Assembly: GCF_009914755.1 (NCBI RefSeq)
Contig: NC_060943.1
Direction: 5' to 3' (one strand)
DNA length: 64,000 bases
From: the human T2T-CHM13v2.0 reference genome, Homo sapiens
This document shows, piece after piece, positions 47,365 to 64,000 of this stretch (position 1 is the first letter of the stretch; each line of letters starts with the position of its first letter). The notes under the pieces are model-generated. The model ran no database searches. It was not told the DNA's origin and saw only the letters and a list, made by a program, of their open reading frames with translations. The translations under genes and the position numbers were made by a program.

Positions 47365-47695
47365 TTCTTAGAAAAGCAATACATGCTCATGATAAAACGC
47401 AAGGAATTCAAACCCTATCGGAGGGGGAGCATATTGAATGGAGTCTCTCTCTCAGCTCCTCCCTTCCCCCTAATATAGCTCTGCTAAGAGCTGCCCGGTG
47501 TATCCGCCCTGGCATTTTCTATTTGCACACCAGAGTCGATACGAATATCCTCCTTTTACTTTCACAAATAGGGATCGTTGCAGGCACACAGTTCCATGAT
47601 AGCTTTTTCCAGTTAATTATATACTGTGGACACCTTCCCCAAATCAGCACATCCAGACCTGCCTCATTCTGCTTAATGACTGCAGAGTATTGGAA
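47365..47695 (-). mobile_element. Old L1M (L1ME/MC-like) fragment
   Basis: aagcaatacatgctcatg...acctgcctcattctgcttaatgactgcagagtatt. Confidence 0.5.
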
Positions 47696-47736
47696 GATGT
47701 GCCTTAAGAGAGAGGGAGAGAGAAAATAAAAAATGA

Positions 47737-48064
<328 letters not shown>

Positions 48065-48529
48065 TGAACTCTTGACCTTAGGTAATCTGCCTGCCTCGGC
48101 TTCCCAAAGTGCTGACAGGCGTGAGCCACTGCGCCCGACCTCTTCTGGCTTTTCTATGTCTTGGGAACCAACACAGTTGTAGTCTCTGGCCAGCTCGATT
48201 TGAGTGGGACAGACAGGCTTGTGTCTGGGTCAGGGTGGAGGTGCCAAGCTCCTGTTCCAGCCATCAGCAGTCTGTGGAGAAAAAAAAAAAAAGCCAAACT
48301 GAACCCCAGAGCCAAGTGCATTTCTTGGGACATAGTTTATTGGGACTGGGACCTGCTGTGAGGCTGTGCAGACCTCATTGTCGAGGGCAGCTGCCCTGAG
48401 AGAACAGGCTAGGAAGATGCAGCAGGGCAAATCTATTTCCATCCTGAGTGGTCACGTGCTTCAGCGGGTCAGCCCTGGTTGGTCCAAATCCATCTAATGC
48501 TCCATTCCCTCCCTCGTAATTGACTTAGG

Positions 48530-49410
48530 GATGGCCCACCACCTGTTTTTGTAAATAAAGTTTTATTGGCACACAACTGTGCTCATCTGTTTGCATGTCG
48601 TTTGGGGCAGCTTTCACTCAAGGACAGAACCAAATACAGATGGTCCCAACTTAACGATGGTTTAACTGACAATGTTTCAACTTTACAATGGTGTGAAAGT
48701 GATACACATTTGGTAGAAACCCTACTTCGGGGACCCATACATTGTGTTTTTCACGTTCAGTATAGTATTCAAAGAATTATGTGAGATATTCAACACTTTA
48801 TTTTAAAATAGGCTTTGTGTTTGATGATTTTGCCCAACCGTGGGCTAATGTTAAGTGTTCTGAGCATGTTTAAGGTAAGTTAGGCTAAGCTGTGATGTTC
48901 ACTAGGTTAGGTGTATTCCATGTATTTTCAACTTGTGACTCTTTCCTTTCTCCTTTTTCCTTTCCTTTACCTTTTCCCTTCCTTCCTCTCTCCTCCCCTT
49001 CCCTCCCCTTCTCTTTTCTTCCTTTTGAAACAGAATTTTGCTCCGTCACCCAAGGCTAGAGTGCAGTAGTTCCATCACAGCTCACTGCAGACTTGAACTC
49101 CCAGCTAAAGCGATCCTTCTACCTCAGCCTCCCAAGTAGCTGGGTCTACAGGCATGTGTCACCATACCTGGCTAATTTTTAATTTTTTTGGTAGAGATGG
49201 GGTCTCACTATGTTGCCCAGGCTGATAAACTCCAGGGCACAAGTGATCCTCCCACTTCAGCGATGTTTTCAGTTTACAGTGGGTTTATTGGAACATAGTT
49301 CCATTGTAAGTCAAGGAAAATCGGTAGTTGCAACAGAGAATGTCTGGCTTGCAAAGCTGAAAGTACTTACTATCTGGTCCTTTACAGAAAGATGTTGCTG
49401 AGCCCTGGGC
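48530..49410. mobile_element. MER58A split by MER47A
   Basis: cctgtttttgtaaataaagttttattggcacac... resumes gttgcaacagaga...tacttactatctggtcctttacagaaa. Confidence 0.8.
48637..49324 (-). mobile_element. MER47A-like TcMar-Tigger element with a nested AluJ
   Basis: TA|cagatggtcccaacttaacgatgg ... attgtaagtcaaggaaaatcgg|TA; TA target duplication. Confidence 0.75.
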
Positions 49411-49435
49411 TAGTGTATACTAACAGCATGTGCTA

Positions 49436-49979
<544 letters not shown>

Positions 49980-50073
49980 TCAGCAGTAACTACTTATTTA
50001 TACCTTGCATGGGCTGTTCTCATGTTCCTGTCTCATTTTTCTTCTCCCCTATCAGTGATTCCTGGAATCACTC

Positions 50074-50457
50074 AGTCTTAGTCTGGTAGGGCTAACAAAA
50101 TATCACAAAACAACACTAAATTTCATGCAGTTCTGGAAACTGGGAAGTCCAAGATCACGGTGTCAGCCAATTCAGTTCTTGGTGAGGGCTCACTTCCTTG
50201 CTTGTGTACAGCCGCCTTCTCAATGCATCCTCCTGTGGCCTTTCCTCAGAGTGCACACGGGGAAAAAGAGTGGGCTCTGTGTTGTCTCTTCTTCTAAGGA
50301 CACCAATCCTATTGAACAAGGGCCCCACCCTTATGACCTCGATTAACCTTAATTACCTCTATCTAATTACCTAAAGGCTCCATCTCTAAATACAGCCACA
50401 CTAGGGGTTAGGACTTTAACATGTGAATTTGGAGGGGCATGCACAGTTCAGTTCCAT
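50074..50457 (-). mobile_element. MLT1A-like LTR, apparently inside an LTR16-like remnant and followed by older MLT1 pieces (to ~51760)
   Basis: cagttctggaaactgggaagtccaagatca...aaggacaccaatcctattg...ccccacccttatgacctc...ggggttaggactttaacatgtgaatttgg. Confidence 0.8.
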
Positions 50458-51062
50458 CCCAGATAAACTGCTTGCACTCAAATTCTTACTCCTGGATCGA
50501 CTTCTGGGAGGCCTCAAATCAAGACACCACATGACAGATTTCAGGTTAGGGAGAACTGAAGGCAAGTACCAGGAAGGACTTCCTTCCTTCTAGAAGGCCT
50601 CTTCTTCCTCTGGAATCTGCTATTTCTGCATGTGATGGCTGGAGTCTTGGAAGCTGTCTTGGGACCATGAGGAGGGAATACCCTTAGGACAAAGCTGAGA
50701 TGCTGGGGAAGGTGGACTGGACAGACAGAAAGAACCTGGTTGATGGTATCATGAGGCCACTGAATTAACTGCTAGAGCTTCCCTAACCCTGAATTTATTG
50801 TTCTGTGAAATGGTGACTATTATTATTGTTTATGTTAGCTTGTGTAGGGATTTTTATCTTCCTTTCTGATAGAGGTGAGGCCTGAAGTGGGAGGGTGGAT
50901 GATTAATCCAATGGAGTAAAGACAGGTGCTCCTTTTTTTTCAAAGAGAAGAGATTCGCTCATACAACTGAAAAATGTACACCTTTCTGGTTAGGGGAGAT
51001 TACAGCTGGGGTTGCAGCAGACAGAACATTTTTGTTGTTGTTAGCACATAAGAGAATCCTTA

Positions 51063-51227
<165 letters not shown>

Positions 51228-51839
51228 TTAGCTGGGCAATGTGGAGAGCAACTGTAGTCTTAGATACTCAGGAGGCTGGGACCAGAGGATCCCTTGAACC
51301 CAAAAGTTCGAGGCTACAGTGAGCTATGACTGATGTCACTGCCCCTCCAGCCTGGACAATAGAGCAAGACCCTGTCTCTGAAATTTGTTTTTTTGAGACA
51401 GAGTCTCGGCTCACTGCAAATTTTGCCTCCTAGGTTCAAGCGATTCTCAGCCTCCCGAGTAGCTGAGATTGCAGGTATGTGCCACCACACCTGGCTAATT
51501 TTTGTATTTTTAGTGGAGACAGAGTTTCAGCAGGTTGCCCAGGCTGGTCTCAAATTATTAGCCTGAAGTGATCCACCTGCTGTGGCCTCCCAAAGTGATG
51601 GGATTACAGGTGTAAGCCACCGCGCCCAGCCTGAAAAAAAAAATTTTTTTTTTAAAGAGAAGAGATTTGCTCACACAACTGAAAAATGTAAAGAAGCAGT
51701 ATATCTTCAGGTGTGGCTGGATCCAGATGCTGAGATCATGTCACCAGGAGTCTGTTTTTGTCCATCTCTTCATAGATTTGTTTAATCTAGTTGCTGCCTC
51801 AGCAGCCATTTTTAGGCCTGACCTAAGTTGTTTGAAGCA

Positions 51840-54874
<3,035 letters not shown>

Positions 54875-54921
54875 TTATGGGGCCCATTGGTGGCTCACTT
54901 CTCCGTCTAGCCCAGAAATTG

Positions 54922-55865
<944 letters not shown>

Positions 55866-56114
55866 AGAGGGTCAGAGGGTTCTCCCGTCCGGTCCCCTGC
55901 TGCACCACCCGGACCCTCTCTCTCGGTTCCCCCTCTACTGGGTGTCTGTGGACAGAGAGGGTGGGAAGATCTGCTGGTGGAAACAGCCTCAGCCTCTGAG
56001 CCCCCTAGCCCCAGGCCCAGGTTCTCCTGCGGATCCCTGGCCTGGTGGCCTGGCTTGCGCTGGGGGATCCCAGTGACCTCCTTCGGGCCCGCAGAGGTCT
56101 CCTGAGGCTGCTCA

Positions 56115-56372
<258 letters not shown>

Positions 56373-56726
56373 TCAGGAGGCTGAGGCAAGAGAATCGCTT
56401 GAACCCACGAGGTGGAGGTTGCAGTGAGCCGAGATGGCGCCGCTGCCTGAGTGACAGAGCAAGACTCTGCCTCAAAAAAAAAAAAAAAAAAAAAAAGGGA
56501 ATTTGGGAGGGGAGAGAAGTAACCCTGGTGTGAAGTGTGAAAGGAGAGAACTTAGGGCAGGAGGAGCAGGGTGGAAGAGAACGGCGGCCAGGCCTGGAGC
56601 ACACGTGCATTCTCAGCAAACAGGGGCCCTGTCCCCAGGACATACACTCACACTCAACACTCACACTTATGCTCTGTCACACTCACACAGTCACACGCAT
56701 GCTCATACATGGTCTCACACACTCAT

Positions 56727-56942
56727 CCTCACACAGCCCCACAGCCTCGCACACTCCCACCCACCCTCACACAGCCCCACAGCCTCGCACACTCCCACCC
56801 ACCCTCACACAGCCCCACAGCCTCGCACACTCCCACCCACCCTCACACAGCCCCACAGCCTTGCACACTCACACGCATCCTCACAGCCCCCCAGCCTCAC
56901 ACACTCCCACCCACCCTCACACAGCCCCACAGCCTCACACAC
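56727..56942. repeat. 38-bp minisatellite (~5.7 copies) inside a CA-rich low-complexity tract (56640-57110)
   Basis: Unit cctcacacagccccacagcctcgcacactcccacccac at 56727, 56765, 56803, 56841, 56879 (variant) and 56915. Confidence 0.95.
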
Positions 56943-57444
56943 ATCCATCTTCACAAGTCTCATACCCTTCACATCACACACATTGTTGCACAAATGCAGA
57001 CTCACACATTCACACAGGAACACACAACCACATGCTCACACCTATAGGCACTCACACTCACAGTCTCACAGTCTCACACATTCTCACACACATGCGTACA
57101 CACACACATTCTGCAAACACCCGTGGCCTCCTCTGCCTTCGCCCCCTCCCAAAGCTGCCTGAAGACTCTCCAGATGTCACCTACTGCTGCTGCTGTGGCC
57201 TGAGCAGGAGGGGAGTGCAGAAGGGGAGGCTGGGTGGGAGGGGAGCAGGGGCCCGAAGATGCCCCAAATCCCTCTGCTTCATGACTAGCCCCATTTAGAG
57301 AGAGGATCACCCTTTGAAAACCAGAACCCCTCAACGCCAGCACCCCCTGGGTCTCCGGGATGAGGAGGACCAGGAAAACCCTCCCAGACAAAGGAATGGC
57401 TCCAAGCCTGGAGTGATGAGGGTGCCTGAGATTCTTTGCTTTTT

Positions 57445-59620
<2,176 letters not shown>

Positions 59621-59849
59621 AATTAAATTAAAACCCAAAAACAGTGGAGTCTGGGCCTCTCAGGCTGGGTGCACCCCAGGGGACTTCCTCTCTGATAGTC
59701 TCCTTGCCCTCTACACCTAACCTGGCCTCTACACCTGGGACCCCTGTTCCCTGAGGCCCCACCCATAACCACATCCACGTCTGGTGGGATCCAGCACCTA
59801 AGTCCGCTCTAGTGGACGGCACTCCTTCCCCGAGTCCCCACTGGCGAGG

Positions 59850-60210
59850 ACCATGAGCAATTCAATCCCATTCTCCACCCAGAGACTTTGCTGGAAAAGA
59901 GCTAATTATATCTCTGCCCCGGAGCCCATCTGGTGGGGTCTGGGTGGTGACGGGCGAGTGTGTTCCGCGTCCACGGCCGGCGGCACGCGCACAAACACAG
60001 CTTCCCATATATTTTTAATTCCACAGCCATACTTTGATTAGAGAGCCGATGTGTTGTGTACGACCTCAGGGACCTCATTATTTTTCTAACTCAAATAAAT
60101 ACGGCGTTCAGAATTCGGGGAGGGTTGGAGGGGGTGTGGAGTAAAAGACGCAGAAAACTCCATCTATAAAAAGAATTCAGGCCTTAATGAGCTTTTAAAA
60201 CTTGCCAACC
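59850..60210. promoter_or_regulatory. Non-repeat island with a CpG cluster and homeodomain/FOX-type motifs
   Basis: ctaatta, ttaatt, tgatta, aataaata and ttaatg; CpG run at 59951-59990. Confidence 0.45.
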
Positions 60211-60386
60211 TCTCTCCCACCCCCTGACACCAATCTATAAACAGGAGCCATGCCTGCTGGCTTTGATGGTGGGAGTCTAGGTGGGTGAGGATTGGCTGGG
60301 GTGGGTGTTGCGGGGCAAAGCCACAGCAGGGGAGAGGCCCCCCTGCAAAGGTAGCTGGGTGTCTGTAAGATTTGGGGAAGGGGGAT

Positions 60387-61043
<657 letters not shown>

Positions 61044-61126
61044 TCAGCAGGAATCGTCAATATTCATGGGCCCAGGCTAACTGGGGTGTTGATCTGAGAA
61101 AGATTTAGAATTTCCTGATCTCCTAG

Positions 61127-62782
<1,656 letters not shown>

Positions 62783-62955
62783 TAGTTTTCTGTTTGAGAT
62801 TTCTTCATCACCCTCTGTCATGATGTTTGTCATCCGCCTCTCTCATCAGACTGGCCACCTACCTTGCCCCACCTGAAGGCAGAGAGTTTCGTCTGTCTTC
62901 CTGAAAGGTAGGCAGAAAGATGTCAGCTGGGAGGGGCCTTCTAGATGGGTGTAAA

Positions 62956-63331
62956 CAGTGGTGTGCTTGTGAACCTGTTGTGGGGAGAGAAGAGGATTTG
63001 TAGTGTTTGCCAATTCCAGCGGTGTAAATTCTGCCACCTTGGCTGACTTCAAGCTGTGAATGTAAGATTTCCTTGACAGGGTGGGGGAAGTTTGAGGGGG
63101 CAAGGGGATTGTGAGGTGGTGTCCAGATGGGTGTAATCAATGATGAGCCGGTAAGCCAGCTGCAGAGAGGAGACCCAATTTGTAGTGTTTGCCAATTTCC
63201 ATGGTGTAAATTCTTCCCCCTTGGCTGAATTCAAGCTATGAGTGTGATGCCACTGAATCCCAACTTAGGAAGAGATTGCATAATGAAATGACTCTTGTGA
63301 GCCACTTTGACCCAGCTCAAGTATACCGTGG
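62956..63331. mobile_element. MER63A-like hAT element (63138-63331) preceded by a partial duplicate (62956-~63065)
   Basis: atttgtagtgtttgccaatt...ggtgtaaattct...ttggctga.ttcaagct occurs twice; 8-bp TSD ggtgtaat/ggtggaat around the second copy. Confidence 0.7.
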
Positions 63332-63610
63332 GGTGGAATCTCCTGGCCTGGAGTTGACCCTTTCTCCAGTTTGGGATTAGGAGGAAGGGAAGACAAGTAA
63401 GAGGGTGAAGCCAGTCTCCCTGTCTTCCTTCCATCCTGGGGCCATTCTACTCCCTGGGACCTCTGCTGGGGATGCTCTTCCATCAGATACTGATAACTGA
63501 GCTGTCCCCACCCATTCTGCATAGACCCCATCCAGGGCCCCTGCTGGGAAACCAAGAGTTTGTCCAAGTGGCGACATGGGGACCCCTACCCACTGCTATC
63601 TTTGCTGCCT

Positions 63611-64000
<390 letters not shown>

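Noticed and set aside
56503-57298. His/Thr/Pro-rich ORFs of 219 and 253 aa
   Set aside because: Open in all three frames only because CA-rich repeats lack stop codons.

Overview
Primate (human-like) non-coding genomic DNA from a very Alu-dense, GC-rich region. Alus (well over 100 copies or fragments, J/S/Y types) cover roughly half or more of the window. The rest is older repeats (MIR, L2, L1M, MLT1/THE1 MaLR LTRs, ERV1 LTRs, MER-type DNA transposons), micro/minisatellites and a few short non-repeat islands with regulatory-looking motif content. I find no credible protein-coding exon, RNA gene or CRISPR array; the listed ORFs read as Alu, LTR or low-complexity translations. I see no new gene system. 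The most notable structure is: (i) three solo ERV LTRs (LTR7/HERV-H, LTR12/ERV9, MER66-like), each inserted inside an Alu with a readable target-site duplication (TSD), with LTR7 and LTR12 bracketing a unique island; (ii) several multi-level nested insertions; (iii) a 44-bp minisatellite that is an array of TEAD-type and E2-box motifs; (iv) about seven repeat-free candidate cis-regulatory islands, including a promoter-like one at 35.8-36.6 kb; (v) small local duplications and an Alu re-insertion hotspot. Repeat family names come from recalled consensus sequences, not a database search. Subfamily calls and boundaries without a TSD are approximate.
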